DNA of 49,622 nt, the filler included, from Jimgerdemannia flammicorona (lineage: Eukaryota): NCBI GenBank assembly GCA_003990765.1. It is 2 parts of 2 records of this genome, joined end to end, with 100 filler letters (N's around TTAATTAATTAA, not from the genome) between each part and the next. Parts side by side here need not be neighbours in the genome. Positions count along the whole stretch, not along the records: positions 1 to 24,762 come from RBNJ01000928.1; positions 24,863 to 49,622 come from RBNJ01000929.1. One strand, written 5' to 3'. Position numbers and translations under genes: made by a program. Shown here one piece after another: positions 13,301 through 25,683 of this stretch (position 1 is the first letter of the stretch; every line of letters begins with the position of its first letter). The notes below the pieces were generated by a model that was not told the origin of the DNA, did not search any database, and saw nothing but the letters and a program-made list of their open reading frames with translations.

Positions 13301-15109
13301 CTCTAGTGATATTGGAGGCAAGTCAGAGGATATACTATAGGAGATTTTAGTGAAGAGTAGTTGATAAGGTACACCATATTGATCTCTGATAGTGGGGTAA
13401 TGAGAGAGAAGAGAAATGAGGACCCCAGATATAGAAGTAGAACTACCTTCTATTGGGCAGAGCACTAGTGGATGACTTCTATTTAGAAGATAGCATAGAG
13501 TACCTTTGGGAATATAGAAGAGATCTGTGGTCTGAGATGTGATAGAGAGTAAAGATTAGAGAGAAGTAGGACTAAAATAGTATTTAGCAGTAAGGCAAGC
13601 AGGTAGTGAGATAGATCTCTCTCAAGTTCTGGGTAGTATAGTGGAGAATTCTATAGTATAATATAATATTGAACTACTAAATAGATTACTTAGTAGAAGA
13701 AAGAACCCAGAAGTATAAGGAGTGTCTGAATATCAGGCAGGAGAGAGGAGTGGTACAGATGCCTAAATATTGATTGAGAGAGTGTGAGATGATGGATAAC
13801 TTTTAGAGAGAGATTGAGATATAGCTAAGAGTCTATCCATCAGGGTTGGCAGCTGGAGGGAGGTGAGATAACCTCTGAAGGAGGCTGGTGGGGGGGTTGG
13901 GAGTTAAGTGGTTAATATTAAGATAGGTGCTGGCAATTTGAATCAGTCTTATAGATCATTGGCTTTCTGTATTTGAGAAGAATCAATGGTTGAAATTGGG
14001 GATGAAGGTGACTAGATAGAAATGGCTAATGATAGATATGTTTAATAAATAGTAGAGGAGTAGGAGTGCTAGTGAAAGGTATCAGAGGCAATTAGTGAAG
14101 ACTATCTGTAAGAAGAGTGGGGGGAGGATTGGGGTAGTAGGGAGATTGATAGTATTTTGAAGAAATAGTGAGAGGAAAAGAGAGTTTCTGAGTGGAATTA
14201 GGTGAGAAGCTCATTTATATCAATAGTATATTATAGACAGTTTGGTAATAAAGTAGAAGTCTATATGATTATAAAAAAAAAAGGTAGATTAAATCAGATC
14301 AATACTATACCACTTTAATTTAAATATATCTCTATTCTTAAGTAATAATCTACTATATAAATTTAATAACTAGATATCAATAAGAACAATTAGACTTATT
14401 AGAATAGTAACTCGATATATAGATATATGACTTTATGCTATATATCATTCTATCAGTTTTATATTATTTATTAGTAATATATATATAAAATATATAATAT
14501 ATATATATTGAATAAATTACTTCTTCTATTTATTACAACAGATTATGAGCCCTGGTTAGTAGCTAGAACTTCTCTAGTTTATATACTATACCAATGAATA
14601 TGGATATAAGCTAGAGTACTAAGATGGGTGTCTCTACAATGGTCTCCTAATAATAGAAAATATAGTTCTGTTATAAGAAAAATCTGTAGCAATAATGAAG
14701 TTCTCTCTGGTAGCAGAAGGCAATTATAACAAAAGTGTCTACCTAGGTATTTGAGGTAATTACAAGTTCTCTCAGATAGCAGGTAAAATTCTCTCTAGTA
14801 TTAAGGTAATTATAAAGTCCTCTCAAGTGATCAAGGCAATTATAACAATAAGTTAGTAATATAGTCAGCAAAAATATAGCAAATGAGATCAGTAATATAG
14901 TCAGCTGATGAGACTACAGAAAAGATTAATAAGACTGATAATATTAGGAAGAGACTAATAAGCCCAGATGAAACAATTATAAACAAGACAAGAAATGTAG
15001 CCAATAAGGTCCAAAGTGTAAATAAGGTAAGAAATACTATATATTACAAAGTCAAAAGTATAGATGCTGCAAATAAAGTCAGTATAGATAATAAGATCAA
15101 AATAACATT

Positions 15110-16478
15110 CATATTATACAAACTTTAAAACACACTTTTGAATTATTTATTAGAGAAAGATACTAAGAATATAGCAACAAACAAGTGAGCTGACATATAT
15201 ACTGAGTTGAGTGAACCTGGGGCCTTTAACTGGCAATAGTCAGAAGAGAGTATAGATTGGAGATAGAGACTTTGAGAGGTTCTAGAGGCCAGGGTAAGCT
15301 GAGCAGTAGTGGCTAGTCTGGTATAGAAATAAGAGGGCAGGTGGAGCTAAGTTTTGTAGACAAGGTAAAGTTAGGAGGATAGTCTATTAGAGCTGTTGAG
15401 GGAAGGGAGAGTAGCAAGAAAAAGTCAAAAGAGATAAGGGCTAGTGGGTCAGCATCTTAGGTGGTAGATAGAAGGGCTGATAGAGCAGTGACTGAGAGAA
15501 GTAGTAGAACTGCTGATTAGAGAGTAACTGAGGATCTGGAAAAAAATTCAGATATGACTACTGATAGTGAGACTGGATTACAGAGGCTGGAGAGAATCAA
15601 TAGTATGATAGAACTGGTGATTACTCTATTGCTCAAGAAATTGATTTCAGAGTTTATAGTCATACTGTGCTTCAGGAGATTAGTAGTCATAATAAAGATG
15701 ATTTTGAATCTGATTTTGAAGCAGATGGCTGAGGCAGCTTCAGTGAAGTTTCTGAAAGGGTTGGAGGGGGTCAAGGTGGGCTTTGAGGAGACTGGACCCT
15801 TGGAGGAAGCAATGAAGATAGAGTTGACTATAGGGGAGATAGTGGTTTCTATAGTATGCTGTTTGAGGTGGGACCCAAGGGTGGTTTAGCTCCTGGTAAA
15901 AGGAGTGCCCATAGTGACAGTGGTTGAGATAAAGAGGAGAGTTGAGAAGGTTATGGCTGAGTATAGTGAGGTAGTGAATATTGGGTTTCAGGTCTGGGAG
16001 AGGACCTTGTTTAGGACAGAGAATGTGGATATTCATCTCAGGCTAGCAGGAAAGAAGACTACTGAGAAGCCACAGGATTGGCCAGTAGTGATGATGTGGG
16101 GAGCCTTTATCTGCAAGGTAATGAGAGTAAAGAGAAGTATGGAGAAGGAGAAGGACCTAGTGAAGATATTGAAGGAGCTCAGCAGGGTGGTAGAGCAGTG
16201 AGCCAAGGTATGGCAGAATTATGTGGAATCAACACACTTGGAGATAGTGGATGGAAAGCACATTTGAGTGGACAAAGGTATATGGGAGAGGGCTCAGGGG
16301 CATAAGAGGCAGAAGGAGCTGTTGGTGAGTCTGAAGTAGAAGGAGAAGGAGAAGACAAGCTTAGAAGAGGAGGCTGGGAGAGCTAAGGAGAGCATCTGGG
16401 CAGGGGTGGAGGTTGGGAGGGTACCAAAGCATATAAGGATCAGGCTCTCTATGATGATGGCATGCTGGAGGTGTACTG
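15110..16478 (+). mobile_element. LINE copy C, 5' UTR plus partial ORF1 only
   Basis: ORFs 15554-15889 and 15905-16201 are homologous to ORF1 (AASVKFLKGLEGVKVGFEE, MAEYSEVVNIGFQVWE). Homology ends at about 16478. Confidence 0.88.
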
Positions 16479-16499
16479 AGAAGCAAATGTTGCATTCTA

Positions 16500-16900
16500 T
16501 TCCCCCACGTATATCAGCAAATTGCATAATCATCAAATACTCTTTGGTTTCAGTGTGTCGTGACAAACCGCAACTCACCTCTTCAGCCATCGACAATATC
16601 AATTCTTTGGCAGCCACCTAGGGCCATGCTGAATTCTTGCCTGGTAAACTTTGGCAAATCCGCCATCGGCAAGTTGTTCAAATCGTCGAGTTCTTCGGGA
16701 GGAATCCAGACAAGGTATGGTTCGAGCTGCGGCACGGCCAAGGTGTGGAGGCAGGTATGGAGGCAGGCATGGAGGCAGGCATGGAGTTCTTGGTCGTATA
16801 CGGAATATTCGTTCTTCCAGGCCAGGATTTCAGTTTGGTAAGCTCTGTGCAAGTGTTCGAAGGGCTTGAGTGGGCTGGGGTTGTAGTAGTTCTTCGTCAT
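16500..16900 (-). pseudogene. Tyrosine-kinase-like (TKL) protein kinase N-lobe pseudogene fragment
   Basis: Across two frameshifts: LVWIPPEELDDL / QLADGGFAKVYQARI (Gly loop) / VAAKEL (VAIK lysine) ... GLSRHTETKEYLMIMQFAD (subdomains IV-V). Catalytic lobe absent, with LINE C adjoining. Contains a 12-bp tandem repeat (LHAC x3). Confidence 0.8.
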
Positions 16901-18331
16901 ATGTCGGGACTGAGTCATATAATACATATATCACATATCACCGCTCAGATCTTACCGAATACCCCGATAATATAGTTTTAACCGAGGCCTCGATATTCAA
17001 GCCTGCCAACTAATCATATATTGAGCATGCCCTTGTTCACCATCATTGTTGTGACGTCTTATATTCCAAACTCGATCCGGGCTTTTGGTGACGCCTCACA
17101 GATTTTGTTACTACTGCGCGCACCGATGGGTTGAAGCTGTCATTGTTGTCGGATAGCATGCACCAGAATGGACGGTCTGGTCGATTTATCTTCGTCAGTG
17201 TCAGTTGCACAGAAGGAACACCTTTCCGAGGATAGGATGAAAGATAATGATTATGTATCGAATAGTTAACCTACTCATAAGCTCTAGCCGTAGAGCGCCC
17301 ACCCTTTTTGGCTGGCTGCACTACACCCCGCCTTCTGACTACCAAATACTAGTGTCGTTCTGCGACATCTTGTGATATAAAAACATAAGCCAATAAACAT
17401 CTCATTATAGAATGGCATCAAAATGGTAATCCTACCTAGGAGCATAACACTAATTGACTTCAACGACAATGGTAATGGTATCGTGTCCGATTCTCCCAAA
17501 TTTTTTTGCAAATCCCACAAAACTTGTTCAATAATATAAAGCACAGTCAAACCCTCTATGACAGATTTTACACCAGAATTAGACCGCGTTAAGAATGGGC
17601 ATTGGAGGGGATTACCAATATTTTGAGGTAGCTGATCAAGTAATCGCTCATTTTCTATTTCAATACAATTTGGTCAAATTGCGTCCGTCCCCGCCATGTC
17701 TTGTACGCAAATACGCCAGCGAAGGGAAGCCTTCACTATTTACAACAACGCGAAATAATTGAGGATTGGATTTTGTGGCATTGACGTTGGACAAAATAAC
17801 TTCGACTAATACGCAAACTCATGAAGCAACGGCACACCGCAATATCGATGTTCCAAATCCTTTTTGCCTTTACTATCGGGATAGTTTTATGTATTTTGAA
17901 TTGCAGAGGCATTTCTTCAACAACGTGGGATAATCGCAAGGAAGACGGAACTATTCGCTGTCGCTTTCCAAGTCGTAAAAGGAATATGCCTAGCTTTCGA
18001 GTATGTCGGGCCATATCTCTCTCTAGCTTAAGGCGCCCATAGAAAATCCCAAAATCATAGGATCGGTCACCAGCCATAGCGCATCCTATCTATATCAACA
18101 ATTAATTTCTCGATCTTGAAACCCGGTTACTATTGTTTATTCAATTCGATCGATCATTAAAACTAAACTTTGGGGGAAGGGGTGAGAACCCGTCAAACTC
18201 ACACATCAATGTACCGGCAGCTGCATACTTCTTTGTCTCATTATTTTATTTATAAAAAATTAACCGTACATGCAGATTTACATGCCCATTACTAATCCGA
18301 AATTTACATTGACAAGCGATTGTCCCGTGAA

Positions 18332-19572
18332 TTACAAACCGGCCAGCGGTGCAATCTGGACATTGGGAACCTCCTGGTTGAAGATAACGTAGTTGTTCTT
18401 TATGAATACATCACCGAGGATAGCGAAGCTAAGGAAGTTGTATCCGAAACCGGCAATGCATGGACCGTCGGTGTTCTTGTCGAAGCCTTGGAAACCTTAA
18501 ATTTACCGGTCCCGATGGAGAAGGAGAAATCAGCGAGGGCGGAGATATAGTTGATGTTATAGGTATATACCGTCGCCATTGTCGGTGACCTTGAGCTGCG
18601 TGGCCAAGGCGGAGGCGAGGCTGTCCGGAAGGAGGAGAAGGTGTCGATAATGCCCTGGAAGGAGCGGCCGACGGCCTTCCCGCCGAAGGTAATGCCGCCC
18701 ACGATCACGACCCGAAAGCCCTGGCTGTTGTCGACGGGGATTGTGGTCAGGGTGCCACCGATCTTGGTCTGGTCGTAGTCGCCGAAGATGTATGCGCCGC
18801 CGCCTCCGTTTGATGCCTTGCCCAAGAAAACATCGAGGATGGGGTTACCAATGAGGTCCTGGCTGATGAGGTTGTCGACGGGATTTTGACGCCGGAAACA
18901 GTGGCAATGCTATTGAAGCCAAGGCCAAGGAGACCGTCAATCGGATCATTCTGGAACGAGGAAGAGATCTTGGATGCCGTGTCGATGATCTGGCTTTTGA
19001 TTTTTAGCCCGCCGAGGTTGAAGGGATCGACGACAAGGATTCCGGAGGAAGTTGATCCATCGCCGTATTGGATGGACCACGGGCGACCATCCTTTTTGTA
19101 GGTGCTGCTCTTGGTAGGATCTACATGTTATTGCCCTTGTAGGTTGTCTTGCAGCTGGCGTACGGGAACTAGATATCAGAGGAACCCGTATCGAAGTCCA
19201 ACTTGAAGGTTTTGCTGGGCATACCGATGGTAACGGTGGCGTAGTATTCAATGTCATTGCCAACCTGTCATATATGAGAAATATGTATTAGAATACAAGA
19301 GTATTTTGTGGAACATGGCAGGCATTGCCCGAAATGGTCCGTTCGCCCAGGCCCACTTACATCAATGACCAGGAGGGTGGCGACCGATCCTGTTACTCGT
19401 AGCATGGACCTGGTACTTGCGCTTGACGACTGACGGGTGGCGTTAGCTTGGAAGGCCGGGTTTTAATGGACGGGAACGGACCATCCGGTGTGCTTGTTGC
19501 TGTAATTGACGGGGCCAGCTTGAACAGTGGCGGCCACCCAAGGCGGCGATACATACAGATAGCGATCTTCAT
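18332..19572 (-). pseudogene. Secreted aspartic protease (rhizopuspepsin-like, peptidase A1) pseudogene
   Basis: Signal-peptide-like start MKIAIC. GT-AG intron 19265-19360. GNDIEYYATVTIG, LDFDTGSSDI*, WSIQYGDGS, DGLLGLGF, GKASNGGGGAYIFG, GIIDT (truncated second DTG), AILGDVFIKNNYVIFNQEVPNVQIAP. Premature stop, frameshifts and deletions. Confidence 0.93.
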
Positions 19573-22186
19573 TATTGAGGGGGGAATCCCAACTAAATTA
19601 GCTGCACATGCTCGGTCGCTGGTCAGGGTCGAGATGCCAGCAGCTCCGGGTAATATTGTTGAATGCTGTTGGCGCACCCGGGATCAACTCCTCGCGAAGG
19701 CCATCTGGTTTTCTGGCGAGGGCCACGGAATGGAGGATAATAAAGGCAAAGCTTTATAATACATATAGCGCGTACTGATTGGTGACGTAGACAATTGCGT
19801 GTAAGCCACAAATTCTAGATATATTAGAGACGGCCACTTTTAAAAAGTTACTTTCCACCGGCACCAGAGGTAACATTTCTAAAGTGGCCAACAACAAGCA
19901 ATATCCTCTTTCGCCATTAAAGGTCCATCACCTGGCAATAGGAAGGCACAAAGTTCGGATACTGTAAGTACCCCCAAAAAAGACATCCGATGGCTACAAT
20001 CCAGCTGAATTTGGGGCGGGTAGTCTAAGATGTAGAATTTTAATTTTGTGCCGTTCCATAAACGCGGAAACGTGTGAGCAGCGGCCCGTTTTACTTGAAA
20101 GGGCAGCAGAGACAACAATGAATAGTAGATACATAATTTCGATCACCTTTATCTGGTGTTTCTTTGAACTTGCACAGGCAACAATAATAATAATACGTAT
20201 GAAACAGGGGAACAATCCGGTACACAGAAATCATCACCCTTTGTTTGCCCACGTGCCGGTATTTATATTGTTGACTTAGGGTTTTGACCCCTGCTATGCA
20301 AATTCGGCAACATGGCGTGGGATCCACGAGATGCAGATGATCTTTTCGACAGTAATCGGTTCCGTAGTTGCCGTCACGTAATGTGGGTATATACGAATTT
20401 CGCCACGTTGAGATTACCAAACATGTCAGAGGGTGAATCTGGCGATGAAGAGCTGTTGTCCGTTCAATAGCACACCGGTACAAATTACAGACACAAAATT
20501 CACGCGGTTTGGATCGACAAACTGTAACGTAAATGCGGACGCTGCCCACGCCGTGGCATGTCAGCCGCTTGTCTTCGTCAATGCTGCGCATGGTCCGTTG
20601 GCAGGAGGCGATGAGTATAGCATATAACATTGCCCCTCACAGGAAAACCGATCCAATCCCATAAGGCGGTTCTCCCGTTCGTGAATATTCTTGATATGAC
20701 TATATAATTAGATAGTGTCCGTAACATCACGCAATTCAATTTTTATTTATTGGAACCCGACGTAGTGAACCACTCTCTTCTTGGTGCGCGCAAAGAAATT
20801 TGGTGCGTTCCATAATTTCAACCTCCACGCGCGAATTCTCGCTATTCGGGGTTTACGATACTGTTGGCGCATAGGTTTGCTTGAAGTGAGTTTTGTTTTT
20901 GTATCCTCTGGGTAATTGTCAACGTTGATGTCTCACTCCTTTGTTTGTTGTTTGGTGTTGTGAAATGGTCTTTTTGCTTGTTAGGTCTTCGCAATGCTCC
21001 TTTGTGTTTGACATTGTAATCTCCCATGCCCTGTAATAATATAGAACCCATGTGCTCTTGCCACTAGATAGCTTTTGAAATAATGTATTAATGCCCTTCG
21101 AATTATTCAGGGACCAGTCCTTACAAAAGGATTGAGCTCAATACATCTCAGAAGCTCTTCACGACCTCACAAATTGATGACAAACAATGCACTCGGGGGA
21201 TTTTTCTCCGGATATTTCTTGATGGGCCTTTGGTTTTCCAATTAGTCTTGATTATTGTTGTATAGTGTTAGCCGATTCAATTTATTCGTGATACATGTCA
21301 AATTCCTCAATGTTACATATAGTAGACACCAAAGGCGAAAACCAATGTCATACCTGACACCTACACTCCTTTTAGCACGAGAGTCGTCTTGCACATTCTG
21401 TTTTTGTTATACCTAAATTTCAATATCAATCGTTTCACATAAATCTGGACTTTTGTTCCGATCATCTAACGTATTGATACTGATCTCATCAAATCCAAGG
21501 TCTGGGTGATGGAGCTCATAAATAAAAAAAGGGAAGAATATGGCTATGGCTGCCGCTACAATATGGGATAGGATCATATATACTGAGATTATCAAGTCTT
21601 TATCCCGAATTAATAAATTTGCATTGAGGGTAACATACCTCTCCAGCACGGATGCTGGAAGTGGAGATATAGGCCTGTGAAACAGAGGAGAACGGGGTTT
21701 GAAATTTTGGACAATGTATAAATGCGTCGAGACTCGCGATTATCAGTTGGAGATGGGCCCCATCTTGTAGGCAAGGCTGGATATGAGAATTGGCACGACA
21801 AAATATTAATTTGGCGGCGACCACCATGTAGGAGATGGGGACGTTGGTATGACATGTGAAGGAGGAGTCGATGGAATGTGTAAATCCATGGAATTGAAAA
21901 AGAAGCGGCTGACGAGGTTGGTGAAATGCTTGCTATCCCAAACCCCAACTCTAAGTAGAGCGACCCGCAGAATCCCGAGCCGGGCAATATCCAAAAAAGG
22001 GACACTGTTTGGCATCGGCGCCTATTCTGTAAATTGGCGATAGTGCGGCCACGGGATGCTTATGCAAAGGTAAGACCCATGCATAGAGGCCATCTGCCTC
22101 GACGATGTGGTATATTGGATAACGTAAGCACCCTTCATAAAAAATCAACCAAGTCACGCGCCATACAGCACTTCTTCCACGAAGCA

Positions 22187-23020
22187 ATGCCTTCATTCGC
22201 GAAGCGATCCTTCGCCAAAAGCTTCAGACGCCTCTTCCAATATTTTTTATCGACAAAAAAACGCGTAAACATACCCTACCTCCCTCCGGAGGTCGTCCGC
22301 GAGATACTATCTCACCTGTGGTCCAGAAGAGCCCCAAATAGCCAAAACGCGCTTCTCGACCTCGTTGCCTGCTCCCTTGTCAGCACCGCCTGGCGTCACG
22401 AGGCTCTCGCTTTTATCCCCATCGATTTCCTGCGCCAAGTAAGTTTTTTCCAGGCTCACACCGGGACCGATACACAAACGCACATCCGCCTCGCCTCCCT
22501 CCTCTCCGAGTCGTCCCAACTTCCGGGTCTCGACTACTGCTCGCGCATCGAACGCGTGCAATTCGACATGGCTGTCCTTTGCACCCCGACGGGCGCCCGC
22601 GGCAGGGGTAAGATGCACTGGCGGTACCGGACGGAGCAGGAGGACGCCATCGTAGCCGTTTTGCGGCTGGCCCGACCGAATCTGCGTACGCTGCACGTCC
22701 GCATCCGGTACGTCGACCCTGCGCTCGACCGCCAGGTGGCAAGGTTCTGGGCTCGTGTCAGGCCGCTGTGCGGAACTGTCACGCGCGTGCAACTATGTGG
22801 ATACTTTGCATTTGCGGAGTCTGAGGCCGGATTCACGCGCCTTGCGGGGTTCGTGGAGAGTTTGGCGGGGCAGGTCGAAAGGGTCGAAGTGCATCAGATT
22901 GGGTTCAGCAAGCAGCTTGAGAACGCGGTTAGGAGGTGTGTGAAGGCGGGAACCGAGGAAGGGAGGGGGGAGGTTTGTTGCGCGCGGAACCAGTCGGAGC
23001 TGGAGTTAGAATTGGTGTGA
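22187..23020 (+). CDS. F-box-like domain protein (277 aa from ATG 22187), apparently intact and intronless
   Basis: YLPPEVVREILSHL...DLVACSLVSTAWRHEA F-box signature, LRR-like segments (PNLRTLHV), GC/CpG-rich coding bias, open frame. Confidence 0.82.
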   Translation: MPSFAKRSFAKSFRRLFQYFLSTKKRVNIPYLPPEVVREILSHLWSRRAPNSQNALLDLVACSLVSTAWRHEALAFIPIDFLRQVSFFQAHTGTDTQTHIRLASLLSESSQLPGLDYCSRIERVQFDMAVLCTPTGARGRGKMHWRYRTEQEDAIVAVLRLARPNLRTLHVRIRYVDPALDRQVARFWARVRPLCGTVTRVQLCGYFAFAESEAGFTRLAGFVESLAGQVERVEVHQIGFSKQLENAVRRCVKAGTEEGRGEVCCARNQSELELELV

Positions 23021-23196
23021 GGGTGTGTTAGTAGATGGTTTACTTTGGCTTTGCCACGGTTTTCAAGCAGGCTTGATACTTCGTGCAACTGTTTCACACA
23101 AAATCCGCATACACCACTCAGTGAATCTCGAACCGCGCAGTGTAATGAAAAAGAGTAAAAAGAAAACTGCCAATGGATAATCAAATAAAATATGCC

Positions 23197-23245
23197 AAAA
23201 AAAAAAAAAAAAAAAAAAAGCAAAAAAAAAAAAAAAAAAAAAAAA
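23197..23245 (+). repeat. Interrupted poly(A) tract
   Basis: A23-GC-A24, preceded by AATAAA at 23184-23189. Confidence 0.9.
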
Positions 23246-24762
23246 CCGTTTCTTTTAAACGACACCACAATGTATGCACACGCATGATGGCATGTATTAG
23301 GAAGCTGTGTTGGAGGAATTTGATAATTCCATATACCATTAGTAATCATACATCATCGTCATCGCAGCTCTTCAACAAGGGTACAATTAGACGCACCTTT
23401 CCACGAATTCCCAGATGTCTCGATCTCGTTCATTTCAGCACCCTTACAACTGAGAGGGTACTCTTTTCTGGAACGGTTTGTTCACATATATCTAAACCGT
23501 CGGCCGGGAAAATGAGCCTAAAGGGCTAAAGGGTTCGGTGGAATTCCGCCAAATCCGAGATCGATGATGATATGCTATGTGATCAATAATGGAAAACGAA
23601 CACAAAAATCTTCCTGATGTGGTAGATACAATTTGAATTTGTCCACGGATGAGTCCCCAGGATTATCGGAGTTCATCCGTCCTCCTTTAAGAAATAGCAC
23701 TAAATCCACTTTAGTCTCTTTCACCCATAATCATGCGACAGATTCTGCATTCTTTAACCATATCGTCATCGTGAATACAGTTTTGCACGTATACCACCGC
23801 TGGTATTCATGGAATAGGTCAGTCGCCGAAATAATGCTAAATTTGATGTTCGGTTTACCATCCTAGAAGGTTCACCTTTACAGTTCGTCTCCCGTGTATG
23901 AACAATATATGTATTCATATCATTATCATAGACAATCAACATTGCAGTATAGTTTTTTTTTCCAAACATGCTTAGAACCCTCTGGTGGGATCCGCCGATC
24001 CTCTCTGCCCTTTGTTCGACCTTGTGGGACAATTTAATTTCCTGAAATCGGATATACGATCGATCACTGTGTCTTGGATACAGGCGAGCAGCGTGTTAGA
24101 AATCCTGGTTGTTTGTCTAGACATATTTGTGTTATGGAGTGTCGATCCGGTAAGGAGCACCTTAACCCTGGCATCCGCAATTGGCCCAATGACTCGTTAA
24201 CCAATGAATTTAAAGCGATGAAGCACGATAACTCGAAATACCTTGGTTACACGGCCAAACCTAGAGAACAGAAGCACAGGAGCAAACGCCACAGACGCAC
24301 ACGGGAAAGGCGACTTCGTCATGTTGTACCGCGATCGCACGCAACAGAAATACAGAGGTAACGACTGTTCGCCAAGCCACCTTTAAATAACTGCTCTTAT
24401 AATCAAAATAAAATATTTAGATAAGAAAAATATAAGATTACTTATATTTTATAAATAATTAATATATAGCTGTAAAAATCCTGATCATAACTCAGCAGTT
24501 GGTCTTTCTATTAGTAATCCTCTGAGGATCTGTAAGAACTGCTCATGCTACTGCTATTATTGTCAAGAATGATGAAGCTGCACAGCTAATAGTTACAAAA
24601 ACTTGGCTATAAGACATCTACTATACTGAAAACACTGAAAGATCAACTCAACCCTATGTTATGAGTCTGGCCATTCTGCTTGCTGATATGAAAATGACAG
24701 ACTTCTCCCCGCATTCAAACATCCACCACTCCAAAACAAACGATCAAAAAAAAAAAAAAACC

Positions 24763-24862
24763 NNNNNNNNNNNNNNNNNNNNNNNNNNNNNNNNNNNNNN
24801 NNNNNNTTAATTAATTAANNNNNNNNNNNNNNNNNNNNNNNNNNNNNNNNNNNNNNNNNNNN
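24763..24862. other. Artificial assembly gap/linker
   Basis: N44-TTAATTAATTAA-N44, exactly 100 nt. The core gives stop codons in all six frames, as used for contig joining. Confidence 0.95.
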
Positions 24863-25683
24863 GAAGGGAACCTAGACTATATAGGCCAAAATCCTCCCCC
24901 ATCCCCCATCAAGCACTGCCCCCCCATTAACCTAGGCTAGCTATTGTCCAGCAGCTCAACCATGCCAGGTGCAGCAGGGTCTATGGTGGCCTGCACCTCA
25001 TTCTGCACACCATGCTCTTCCTACCATCAGGGGAAACCCAACCATATGCCAACGACCAAAAGTGCATCCCAAGAACCCAATGTATGTACAAGGCCATGCC
25101 TGAGCTGAATAGAATAGCCCCTACCACTCCAAAGAGAATGACAGGCAAAGAAAAACCCTCATCAAAGCACAACATGGTAGGTAGGGCCTGGTTCTCCCAG
25201 TTGAGGTGAGTAAAGAACTTACACATGAGGCAGGAGGAGACCCCCAATACTCCACTACTCAAGCCTATAAGCCTCAATCATATTGCTATGTCAGCTCCTA
25301 GTTCCAGTTAAGTGTAGCCAAGATGCTTGAAATGGATAGCCTCAGGCCCCCTGACCCCCCCTGAAGACCAGGGTCTAACCTGCCAACCCACCAAAAGAAG
25401 CCGAGAGTGTCACCTACTACCTAATGCACTGCACCAATCAAACGGCCCCACTGAAGTAGCACCCATCCAGCCCTAACAACTGCCCCAAGCCTGGCACCCT
25501 ACTGGTTCACCATTATTGCTCTTCCTTCTATCTGTGATGGCCATCTCTCCTTCCATCCTGACAACACCTGAAAAGCAGTCACCTATACCAGAACTGTACT
25601 TGCCGAGAAGCTCACCAAATCCAGAGAGCCCCACTACAGACACCAAGGACCTGCAGGTAACCTACACTGAGCACTTGATGACC
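24863..25683. repeat. Unclassified interspersed repeat (copy 2), CpG-decayed
   Basis: The right-hand ~200 bp match 75-270. The left part has similar composition and is assumed to be the same element. Confidence 0.6.

Larger units (their letters stand above)
7083..14282 (+). mobile_element. L1/Tx1-like LINE copy B (5' truncated, heavily mutated, 3' poly(A) present), interrupted by the 8380-10443 insertion
   Basis: ORF1 homology 7085-10885. ORF2 from 10921 (ATG>ATA) with APE and RT (NQEKAYDKV, FADN), decayed C-terminal Cys/His finger about 13710-13790, AATAAA 14246 and A-tail 14273-14282. Confidence 0.9.

Noticed and set aside
7008..14310. GTAGATTAAATC(C)AGAT at about 7010 and 14284 as a TSD for LINE B
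   Set aside because: Suggestive, but the left copy is about 55 bp from recognisable LINE sequence in low-complexity, heavily mutated DNA. Not accepted as a firm TSD.
14640..15100. Degenerate short repeats (AAGGCAATTATAACAA-like)
   Set aside because: Too decayed to assign termini, period or coding origin.
17000..18300. Short ORFs between the kinase and protease pseudogenes
   Set aside because: No recognisable motifs or coherent exon structure.
19800..22180. Many overlapping 60-180 aa ORFs and the upstream non-ATG start (22034) for the F-box gene
   Set aside because: No domain signal. ATG 22187, where the GC-rich coding-like sequence begins, was preferred as the start.
23760..24760. Possible gene remnant (23972-24200, minus) and A-tailed segment before the gap
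   Set aside because: No identifiable homology. The A-run at a contig end may simply be where assembly stopped.
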